Of a DNA stretch of 64,000 nucleotides, positions 34,333 through 44,589 are shown piece after piece (the stretch's first letter is position 1; every line of letters begins with the position of its first letter). Source of the stretch: the human T2T-CHM13v2.0 reference genome, Homo sapiens; NCBI RefSeq assembly GCF_009914755.1, contig NC_060947.1, one strand, 5' to 3'. A program made the translations under genes and the position numbers. Below the pieces are notes generated by a model. The model worked only from the letters and a program-made list of their open reading frames with translations. It made no database searches and was not told the origin of the DNA.

Positions 34333-34699
34333 GACACACACACCTAGCTCCTCAGGCGGAGAGCACCCCTTTCTTGGCCACCCGGGTATCCCCCAGGGGG
34401 AGTACGGGGCTCAAAACACCCTTTTGGAGAAACAAAGGTGGAAGCAAATTTCAGGAAGTAAAACTTCCTGAAATAAAATAAAATATCGAATGCCTTGAGA
34501 CCCATACATTTTCAGGTTTTCCTAATTAAAGCAATTACTTTCCACCACCCCTCCAACCTGGAATCACCAACTTGGTTAGAGAAACTGATTTTTCTTTTTT
34601 CTTTTTTTTTTTCCCAAAAGAGTACATCTGATCATTTTAGCCTGCAACTAATGATAGAGATATTAGGGCTAGTTAACCACAGTTTTACAAGACTCCTCT

Positions 34700-34845
34700 C
34701 CCCGCGTGTGGGCCATTGTCATGCTGGTGGGCGTCCCGCCCACCTGAAAGGTCTCCCCGCCCCGACTGGGGTTTGTTGTTGAAGAAGGAGAATCCCCGGA
34801 AAGGCTGAGTCTCCAGCTCAAGGTCAAAACGTCCAAGGCCGAAAG
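34700..34845 (+). promoter_or_regulatory. Promoter-type motif cluster inside the retrocopy
   Basis: GCGTG 34704-08; Sox-Oct-like CATTGTCATGCTGGT 34714-28; GC boxes 34735-41 and 34755-63; E-box CACCTG 34741-46; DR0 AGCTCAAGGTCA 34815-26; TCCAAGGCCG 34832-41; locally CpG-rich. Confidence 0.7.
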
Positions 34846-35033
34846 CCCTCCAGTTTCCCCTGGACACCTTGCTCCTGCTTCTGCTACGACCTTCTGGGGA
34901 ACGCGAATTTCTCATTTTCTTCTTAAATTGCCATTTTCGCTTTAGGAGATGAATGTTTTCCTTTGGCTGTTTTGGCAATGACTCTGAATTAAAGCGATGC
35001 TAACGCCTCTTTTCCCCCTAATTGTTAAAAGCT

Positions 35034-35600
35034 ATGGACTGCAGGAAGATGGTCCGCTTCTCTTACAGTGTGATTTGGATCATGGCCATTTCTAAAGCCT
35101 TTGAACTGGGATTAGTTGCCGGGCTGGGCCATCAGGAATTTGCTCGTCCATCTCGGGGAGACCTGGCCTTCAGAGATGACAGCATTTGGCCCCAGGAGGA
35201 GCCTGCAATTCGGCCTCGGTCTTCCCAGCGTGTGCTGCCCATGGGAATACAGCACAGTAAGGAGCTAAACAGAACCTGCTGCCTGAATGGGGGAACCTGC
35301 ATGCTGGAGTCCTTTTGTGCCTGCCCTCCCTCCTTCTACGGACGGAACTGTGAGCACGATGTGCGCAAAGAGAACTGTGGGTCTGTGCCCCATGACACCT
35401 GGCTGCCCAAGAAGTGTTCCCTGTGTAAATGCTGGCACGGTCAGCTCCGCTGCTTTCCTCAGGCATTTCTACCCGGCTGTGATGGCCTTGTGATGGATGA
35501 GCACCTCGTGGCTTCCAGGACTCCAGAACTACCACCGTCTGCACGTACTACCACTTTTATGCTAGCTGGCATCTGCCTTTCTATACAAAGCTACTATTAA
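35034..35600 (+). CDS. CRIPTO3: CRIPTO3, 188-aa EGF-CFC family Nodal co-receptor
   Basis: MDCRKM signal peptide, N79 sequon, EGF-like CCLNGGTC..C.C..........C with T88, CFC domain with H120/W123, S161 and hydrophobic GPI signal. The true ATG is at 35034; the ORF track starts at an upstream TTG. Confidence 0.95.
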   Translation: MDCRKMVRFSYSVIWIMAISKAFELGLVAGLGHQEFARPSRGDLAFRDDSIWPQEEPAIRPRSSQRVLPMGIQHSKELNRTCCLNGGTCMLESFCACPPSFYGRNCEHDVRKENCGSVPHDTWLPKKCSLCKCWHGQLRCFPQAFLPGCDGLVMDEHLVASRTPELPPSARTTTFMLAGICLSIQSYY

Positions 35601-35767
35601 TCGACATTGACCTATTTCCAGAAATACAATTTTAGATATTATGCAAATTTCATGACCCGTAAAGGCTGCTGCTACAATGTCCTAACTGAAAGATGATCAT
35701 TTGTTAGTTGCCTTAAAATAATGAATACATTTCCAAAACGGTCTCTAACATTTCCTTACAGAACTAA

Positions 35768-36161
<394 letters not shown>

Positions 36162-36786
36162 TGGTGTTTCTTGGTACATGTAATTCTACCAAGGTCTTCT
36201 TAATATGTTCTTTTAAATGATTGAATTACATCTTCAGATTATTAAAGACTAATTCTAATGTGGACCTTAGAATACAGTTTTGAGTAGAGTTGATCAAAAT
36301 CAATTAAAATAGTCTCTTTTAAAAGGAAAGAAAACATCTTTAAGGGGAGGAACCAGAGTGCTGAAGGAATGGAAGTCCATCTGCGTGTGTGCAGGGAGAC
36401 TGGGTAGGAAAGAGGAAGCAAATAGAAGAGAGAGGTTGAAAAACAAAATGGGTTACTTGATTGGTGATTAGGTGGTGGTAGAGAAGCAAGTAAAAAGGCT
36501 AAATGGAAGGGCAAGTTTCCATCATCTATAGAAAGCTATGTAAGACAAGGACTCCCCTTTTTTTCCCAAAGGCATTGTAAAAAGAATGAAGTCTCCTTAG
36601 AAAAAAAATTATACCTCAATGTCCCCAACAAGATTGCTTAATAAATTGTGTTTCCTCCAAGCTATTCAATTCTTTTAACTGTTGTAGAAGAGAAAATGTT
36701 CACAATATATTTAGTTGTAAACCAAGTGATCAAACTACATATTGTAAAGCCCATTTTTAAAATACATTGTATATACGTGTATGCAC

Positions 36787-36792
36787 AGTAAA
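36787..36792 (+). terminator. Variant polyadenylation signal AGTAAA
   Basis: 20 nt upstream of the poly(A) tail; a canonical AATAAA lies at 36640-36645. Confidence 0.7.
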
Positions 36793-38571
36793 AATGGAAA
36801 CTATATTGACCTAAAAAAAAAAAAAAAAAGAAAACACCTAGCAGGCAAGGAACATGCTCTTCAGAACTCTGCTCTTCAGAGTTCCAAAGAAGGGATAAAA
36901 CATCTTTTATCACCATCAAAATAGCCATAGAGTTGCTTGAAGACACATTTGGGGCAATGTGATTCACTGTATCTGGTTCCAAATTCCAGATAGATATGGG
37001 AGTTAAATAGGAAATTAGGAGTTAAATAGGAATTAACTAAATAGGAGATGAGGTTAGAAGGAGGAGAAAATATTTAGATATTTCTTTTATTGGTTTATAT
37101 GTCAAATTCTACCTGGAACCAATTAAGAAAAAGGTAAGTCCCTTTGTTTATGCAACTGGATGCAGATTTGGAGAGCGGTTGAGTTTCAAACAGAAGTAGT
37201 CCTTACATCCAATGGTGAAATGGTATTTATATATTTAGTGGTACGAGTTAAGGTTGCTTTTCCTCTAAAACAAGGATTCTCAACCTAGTGGAGAGGAGGA
37301 ATTGCAATAGGTAGAATCCCTAAGCCCTTCTGTGATGTATGCCCTGTGGGAGTGTTGGAGATGTCCTTCTCAGGGTTCTGGCCAGGTAGTTATTTAGGGA
37401 AAAATTCACACATGAGACAGGTTCTTTGAAAATCCATGTGTGAACCTCTGAGGGATATATATGCAACATCAATCCAACTTCATTTCTTCAGTGAGGAAGT
37501 TCCTTCTTGTGTGGCTGATGCAGTCTGGAGAAAATTCTTCTCTGTTCCTCTCTTGATTAAAATTTAGTTCTTTATTCGGTTGATGCATTCACCACAGCCA
37601 TTCTTTTCTATTTTTGTAATTCACCTTTGGGCCTTGTAGTAGATTGGTATAGCAACGACTACAAATTTGTTCATATTTCCCTGCTCCATGTCCTTGTATA
37701 GTCCCTATCCCCACTGAATCTGGGTTTGGCTATGTGACTTTCCTTGACCATGGGACTACAGAACATGTAATGCAAACAGACATTTGAAAATTATTTACAC
37801 GTTGGGACTTGTTCTCTTTCATTGTTTATAGGAATCCTGTGAAGGACACAAGTGAAGAAGCCCGTGATAACCTGCTGAATAAAGAGAGATCTGTGGTCCA
37901 GTCACCCCTACTGCTTCCGCCAATAGCCTAAGAAATGCTGGATAAGTGAGTGAGGCTATCCTTGGTCATCTCTGCTAGCTGACTGGCAAGCTGACTACAA
38001 CAGCATAAAAGAACCCAATGGAATTGGAGAGCTAATGACCCATAAAACTCAGAGTTGATATTTTAAAGTGCTTTATAGTTTTCTTTTTATATATGCACCA
38101 CTATAGTGTCCATTTTCAAATTATTCATCTGTTGATTCCTAGGGAAAATTAATAGTCTATAACATAAAGTTCCTTTAAAACTTGGATATGAAGTCTTTGT
38201 AGTGTTACCTTTTTTTAGCAGTGGAGTGAATAACATCAATATATCTAATTAATACCAATAGAGATTTTCCCCCATTTGACCAATTATAAAAATATCATTA
38301 ATATTTTTCAGGATACATTGTGTTTGCATAAGGGCTTTATTATAAAATCATTACTTTTTCCAGGAGGATATGTGAACATGAAAGAACTGTCAAGTAGTTC
38401 CAATGTTCCTCCAGACATGGGGTAGATTACATTGTAGTTTAAACTGTACCAATTCTTTTAACAAATAAATCAAATAGACACTCTAAAGTACTGCCTAATT
38501 TCTATCATTTCAACTGGGTTTATAACTCACTTCACTTATAAAAGAAAATGAAATTGTTAAAAATCAGAATA

Positions 38572-39000
38572 CAGTCGACCATTGGATAACACGAGTTTGA
38601 ACTGAGTAGGTTTACTCATACACAAGTTGTCTTCTGCCTCTGCCACCCCTGAGATATTAAGACCAACTCCTCCTTTTCCTCAGCCTACTCAGCATGAACA
38701 TGATAAAGATGAAGACCTTTATGATGAGCAACTTCCACTTAATGAATAGTAAATATATTTTATCTTCCTTATGATTTTCTTAATAGCAATCTCTTTTCCA
38801 GCTTACTTTATTATAAGGATACAGTATATACTAGGTATAACATACAAAATATATGTTAATCAACTGTTTATATTATTGGTAAGGCTTCCAGTCAACAGTA
38901 GGCTATTAGAAGTTAAGCTTTTGGGGAGTCAAAAGTTATACACAAGTCTTTCACTGCTTGTGGGTGGAGGTCAGCACCTGTGTTGTTCAAGGGTCAACTG
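38572..39000. mobile_element. Tigger2a-like Tc1/mariner element
   Basis: TIRs CAGTCGACCATTGGATAACAC / GTGTTGTTCAAGGGTCAACTG with TA on both sides. Confidence 0.85.
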
Positions 39001-39197
39001 TATTACAAATAACCCATAGGCAAATAGAGTCTTTGTATGGCCTGCAAAACACATAGAGTGAGTAGGGCTAAAATTACTTGGAAAAAGCAAGCAAAAAAAG
39101 ATTTTTCAGGGTGAAAAAATAAATTTCTTTCAAGAGAAAAGAGAAAAAGAGACTCCAGCAGTGATTACTCCACCTGGCTTAGACCAGAAGAACCATC

Positions 39198-39369
39198 AGG
39201 GCTGGGACTACGGTGAGACAAGTGAGGCATTCAAAGCAAAAAATGAGAAGAGGCACTCACTTTGAGGGTCATGCAAGTACAGGGTTGCCAGCATGACCCT
39301 AAGAGTAAATGCCTCCTTCAGTTTTGTGCCCTAGGAAGCTCACTTCAGCTCACTCTAATCCTGGCCCTG
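39198..39369. mobile_element. MER96-like hAT-Tip100 element
   Basis: TIR-like CAGGGGCTGGGACTACGGTGAG / CTCACTCTAATCCTGGCCCTG. Confidence 0.65.
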
Positions 39370-39794
39370 GGTGACCACAGAACGATGAGCCAAATAACTG
39401 GTGGTTGTTTTAAATCACTAAATTTGGGGGTGCTTTGTAACACAGCAACAGATAACTGGTACATGTTGGCTATTTCCTCCATTCTTGTTTCAGAATGGCA
39501 AAATGAGCCCTGCGAGAATGGAGCTGTAAATCCAATTAAATTAATGAGCTCCCCAAGTGTAGATCCCCTGATGCATTCGATAAACAAAAAATTTTCCATG
39601 TCAACCGTGGATTCCAAGTCATTGTTTGTTTTTGGTTTGCTTTATTTTAGGGGTGGATGGTGTCTCATTCTTCACAGATAAAGCTGGTGCCAACTGACTT
39701 ACTGCTGGCAGAATGTAGCTGGTTCCTTTTTTACCATTCAGCACAGGTGAAAAATTTTAATTGCTGCTCTCTTAGGTAGTACTTTTCCGAGGGA

Positions 39795-40260
39795 GGTGAT
39801 CATAATCTTGAAAGACACAATCCCAAACACCATAATCCTAAATGTTGAAATCCAAAAAGTTAAAAATTCTTGAATTCTAGAATTCCAAAAATCAAAATCC
39901 TGAAAATATAATTCTAGAAAAAATAAGTTGATATACTTTAAAAGATATTTACTTACATTTTAAAAAGAGAGATTTATTGAGAAACATACAAACATGATAG
40001 AATACCTCATAGGCCACTTCATACAACAAAATAGGCATAACAACATACATATTTTTGCAAGCATGAACACTCAGGTATACGATGACAGTCCACAGGTATA
40101 ACAGTTATGAGCAGATGAACCATTTTAATAAAGAAATAGCTCAAAGAGAGAAATGTATAAATATATATCACTATGGTTGGTGATTGTGTGCACCCAGCTT
40201 TAGAACTGTAGTCATCTGAAGTACCATGATCTTGTCAAAAGATCTTGGATAGAGAATATT
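39795..40260 (+). mobile_element. Ricksha-like (MULE/MuDR) terminal fragment
   Basis: GATCATAATCTTGAAAGACACAATCCCAAACACCATAATCCTAAATGTTGAAATCC with reiterated AATCC motifs. Confidence 0.65.
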
Positions 40261-41891
40261 TCTCACACACATCAGATGTTAAAAAGCTGACACACCATTC
40301 CATCTGCATACGTCAAGCAACTTAAGCAACTTCCATTCTCTTATCGCCTTGGCCTAGTTGCAATATCAAGTGCTTTGCTTTTATTTCTAATTGCATTAGT
40401 GAAATTATCTAACAAGTAACCATGACATAGTAATTTTAGCAACTTAAAAATTTTTCACCTTTTTTGTTTAGAAAAATAAAAAAGGAAGATTGTGGTTTTT
40501 TTTTCATGTGGCTCTTCTCACCCTCTTTTTTAAAATAAAGGGGGCTTCTTATATCTCATACTTTCTACATCCTAACAAAAATAACAAAGCAAAGTCAGGA
40601 TCAGTGATTTGACCTTTAGACACCTTGAGATGGTCTCTTTTTGACAAAGCTATCCCTGAATCAGAAACAGCTGTCTTCTTCTTGCTGCCAGGCAGAGCTG
40701 GCTGTTCCTCATATAGTATCCCAAACATCCCTAGAAAACCTGGAGGAGATGGATAAATTCCTGGAAAGATACAACCCTGCTAGCTTAAATCAGAAAGAAT
40801 TAGAAACCCTGAACAGACCAATAACAAGCAGCAAGATTGAAATGGTAATAAAAATATTACCAATGAAAAAGTCCAGGACCAGACAGATTCAGAGCTGAAC
40901 TCTACCAGACATTCAAAGAAGAATTGGTACCAATCCTTTTGACACTATTCCACAAGATGGAGAAAGAGGGAATCCTCCTTAAATCATTTTATGAAGCCAA
41001 TATCATGCTAATACCAAAACCAGGATAGGACATAACAACAAAAGGAAATATCTCTGATGAACATAGATGCAAAATTTCTTAACAAAATACTAGCTAACTG
41101 AAACCAACAGCATATCAAAAAGATAATACACCTTGATCAGGTGGGTTTTATACCAAGAATGCAAGGATGGTTCAACATATGCAAATCAGTTATGTGATAC
41201 ATTATATAAACAGAACCAAGGACAAAAATCATATGATCGTTTCAATAGATGCAAAAAAAATTTGATAAAATTCAATATAACTTCATAATAAAAACTCTCA
41301 ACAAACTAGGTACAGAATGAATGTACCTCAAAATAATAAAGACCATATACAAGAAATGCACAGCTAACATTATACTGAATGGGGAAATGTTGAAAGCCTT
41401 TCCTCTAATAACTGGAACAGGACAAGGATGCCCACTTTCATCACTTCTATTCCTAGCCAGAATAATTAGGTAAGAGAAATAAATAAAAGGCATTCAAATT
41501 GGAAAAGAGGAAGTCAAATTATCCTTGTTTGTCAATGATACAATTTTATATCTAGAAAAACCTAAAGATTCCACCAAAAAAACTTATATTTAATAAACAA
41601 ATTCATTGAAGTTGCAGGATGCAAAATCAATGTACAAAATTTAGTAGTGTTATACACCAATAACGATCTAGCTGAGAAAGAAATCTAGGAGGCAATCTCA
41701 TTTACAACAGCTACCCAAAAAATGTCTAGGAATAAATTTAACCAAGGAGTTGAGAGATGTCTACAAGGAAAACTACACAATACTGATTAAAGAAATCAGA
41801 GATGATGCAAACAAATGGAAAAAAATTCCGTGCTTATAGATTGGATTAATATCTAACTAGTATCAATTAATATTTGGTTAATATCTGATCG

Positions 41892-42306
41892 ATATGAGGA
41901 TCAGCCAGACTTGTCTGGCAGCAAGAAGACAGCTTTATCAGGATCCAGAATGGCTTTGTTAGAAAGACATCATCTCAGGCTGGGCGCGGTGGCTCACACC
42001 TGTAATCCCAGCACTTTGGGAGGCCGAGGCAGGTGGATCATGAGGCCAGGAGATTGAGACCATCCTGGCCAACATGGTGAAACCCCGTCTCTGTGAAAAA
42101 TACAAAAAATTAGCCGGGTGTGGTGGTGGGTGCCTGTAGTCCCAGCTACTCGGGAGGCTGAGGCAGGAGAATGGTGTGAACCCAGGAGGCGGAGTTTGCA
42201 GCTCAGTGAGCTGAGATCCAAAAAAAAAAAAAAAAAAAAAAGAGATCATCTCAACATGCCTAAAAGTCAAGACACTGATCCTAACTTTGCTTTATTATTT
42301 TTGTTA
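41892..42306 (-). repeat. Inverted copy of the L1 5' flank (40573-40714) inside the L1, later split by an Alu
   Basis: ATATGAGGA.CAGCCAG...TGGCAGCAAGAAGACAGCT...CATCTCA [Alu] ...CACTGATCCT.ACTTTGCTTT.TTATTTTTGTTA aligns with the reverse complement of 40573-40714. Confidence 0.85.
41978..42238 (+). mobile_element. AluY-like element missing the 3' end of its right arm
   Basis: Body stops at GAGCTGAGATCC, then poly(A); TSD AAAGA(C/G)ATCATCTCA at 41963-77 and 42239-53. Confidence 0.9.
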
Positions 42307-44589
42307 AAATGACCACACTGTCTAAAGCAATCTACACATGTAATGTAATCCCTATAAAAATACCAATGTTAACTTTTCATTGAATTAGAAAAACTAATTC
42401 TAAAATTCATATGCAACCAAAAAAAAAGCCCAAATAACCAAAGCAATCCTGAGTAAAAAGAATAAAGCTGGAGGCATCACATTACCTGACTTCAAATTAT
42501 ATTACAAGGCTGTAGTAACCAAAACAGCATGGTACTGGTATAAAAAGACACATAGATCAATGGAACAGGACAGAGAACCCAGAAATAAAGCCATATATTT
42601 ACAGGCCATTGATCTTTGACAAAGCCATCAAAAGCATATACTGGGAAAAGGACACTCTCTTCAATAAATGGTGCTGGGAATATTATATTGCCATATGCAG
42701 AACAATGAAGGTGGAACCCTACCTCTTACCATGTACAAAAATGAACACAAGATGGACTAAAGACTTAAACATAAGACTCAAAACCATAAAAAACTAGAAG
42801 AAAACCTAGGGAAAACTCTTCTGGACATTGGTCTTGGCAAAGAACCTCAAAAGCACAGGCAACAGAAACAAAAAAATAGACAAATGAGACTTTGTTAAAC
42901 TAAGAAGCTTCTGCACAGCAAAGGAAATTATCAACAGAATGAACAGACAGCCTGCAGAATTTGAGAAAATATTTGCAAACTATTCATTCAACAGGAGATT
43001 AATATCCAGAATATACAAGGAACTCAAACAACTCAACAACAACAACAAAAACCACAGAGATAATCCCATTTAAAAGTGGGCAAAGGACATGAACAGATAT
43101 TTTTCAGAAGAAGACAAATTACCAACGCATATATGAAAAAATGCTGAACATCACTAATCACCAGAGAAATGCAAATCAAAACCACAATGAGATATTATCT
43201 TACTCCAGTCAGAACAGCTATTATTAAAAAGACAAAAAACAAACCCAACAGATGTTGGTGAGGATGCAGAGTAAAGGAAATTTTTTGTACACTGTTGGTG
43301 GAAATGTAAATTAGTATAACCTTTATGAAAAACAGTATGGAAATTTATCAAATAACTAAAAATAGAACTACCAATGAATTCAGCAGTCCCACGGGGTATC
43401 AATCCAAAAGGAAAGATATCAATATATTAAAAAGACACCTGCACTCATATGTTTATTGTAATACTATTCATAACAGATAAAATATGGAATCAAAGTAAGT
43501 GTCCATCAATTGTTGATTAAAGAAAATGTGGTATATATACGCAATGAAATACTATTTCAGCCATAAAAAGAATAAAATTATGTCTTTTGCAGCAAAATGG
43601 ATGGAACTGAAGGTTATTACCTTAAGTGAAACAAGGCAGGCACAGACAGAGAAGTATAGCTTGTTCTCACTCATAAGTGTGTCAAAAAGCTTTTTCTTAC
43701 ATTTAACTTAAATATTTTGTGTTGCAATTCACCTTTTGCCCTCTGAGTTCTATGCCTCATTATCTCTCTCCATATGCCCAAAGACAACTGAGCTGTGTCT
43801 TTTGGAGCTTTTCTGATGACTGAGTGAGTGGGTTGAATTGACAGACCAGTTTAGTCAGGCATTTACTTTGACTTACTACTTTTTTTCTATCCACTAAATT
43901 GACTAGTTGTTTGACTGAATCCACCTCACCAGCCAGTCTTCTTGGCACTGTGAATTTCTGTGTGTTTGTGTGTGTGCGTGTGCCCACGCCCAGTGGTGGG
44001 ATCATTATACAGTAGTTTCAATCACTACTTTCGATTGAACCAATCAACCTTGGTCCATTCACCTGGCATTGCAATCAGCAGCAGACATTGCAGTAGATAT
44101 ATATCACCCCAGTTACTGTGATGAGTAGAGAGAAGATGGGTTTGATAGATTCAACTGGAAATTCTGTTCTGATTTGGCCTCTGAACATATAGAACAAACA
44201 AAACTGTGAAACAGGCATGTTTGATTGATGATGCCCTCCTGTCTCATCTTTCAGGGCCTCAGTCTTTGGCTACTTTCCTGGCACAGTGCTCATGCTCTCC
44301 CTACCTTTTGTTTCCCCCAGTAGCCAAATATCTGTCTTATGTTCCAGCCTGTGGGTTCACTGCTCAGTGGCTGAAAGTAACATCATTTATGGGTGACTCT
44401 GGGTGTTGAAAGATGAGGCAGTAGGAACAAGTCAAGGTTGTAGGTAAGAAGTTGGTGAAAGCGGGACTGTATTTCTCAAAATTGCCTTTGCAAGAGGCTA
44501 ATTCTGAGGGATGTAAACAGAGTTTATGGGTAGAAAGTTTCTGTGGCTAAATATTATAATAGTCTGCTGGTTTTGGGAACCCTTCTTGT

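Larger units (their letters stand above)
37636..39463 (+). mobile_element. Interrupted MLT1F/G/H-like LTR (5' part ~37636-38025, 3' part ~39150-39463)
   Basis: GGCTATGTGACTTTCCTTGACCATGGGAC in the 5' part; TTGTTTTAAATCACTAAATTTGGGG...CAGATAACTGGTACA at the 3' end. Confidence 0.6.
40731..43680 (+). mobile_element. L1 (L1PB/L1MA-type) ORF2 fragment truncated at both ends
   Basis: [12 protein letters not shown] (40731), IFDK...TLFNKWCWE (42609), MWYIYAM...FAAKWMELK (43526). Confidence 0.9.

Noticed and set aside
34495-34978. 95-aa plus-strand and 97-aa minus-strand ORFs upstream of CRIPTO3
   Set aside because: No recognisable domain; they overlap promoter/UTR sequence.
35022-35033. N-terminal extension MLKA in the ORF track
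   Set aside because: TTG start artefact; CRIPTO begins MDCRKM at 35034.
35170-35544. 124-aa antisense ORF
   Set aside because: Shadow frame of a GC-rich CDS with no independent support.
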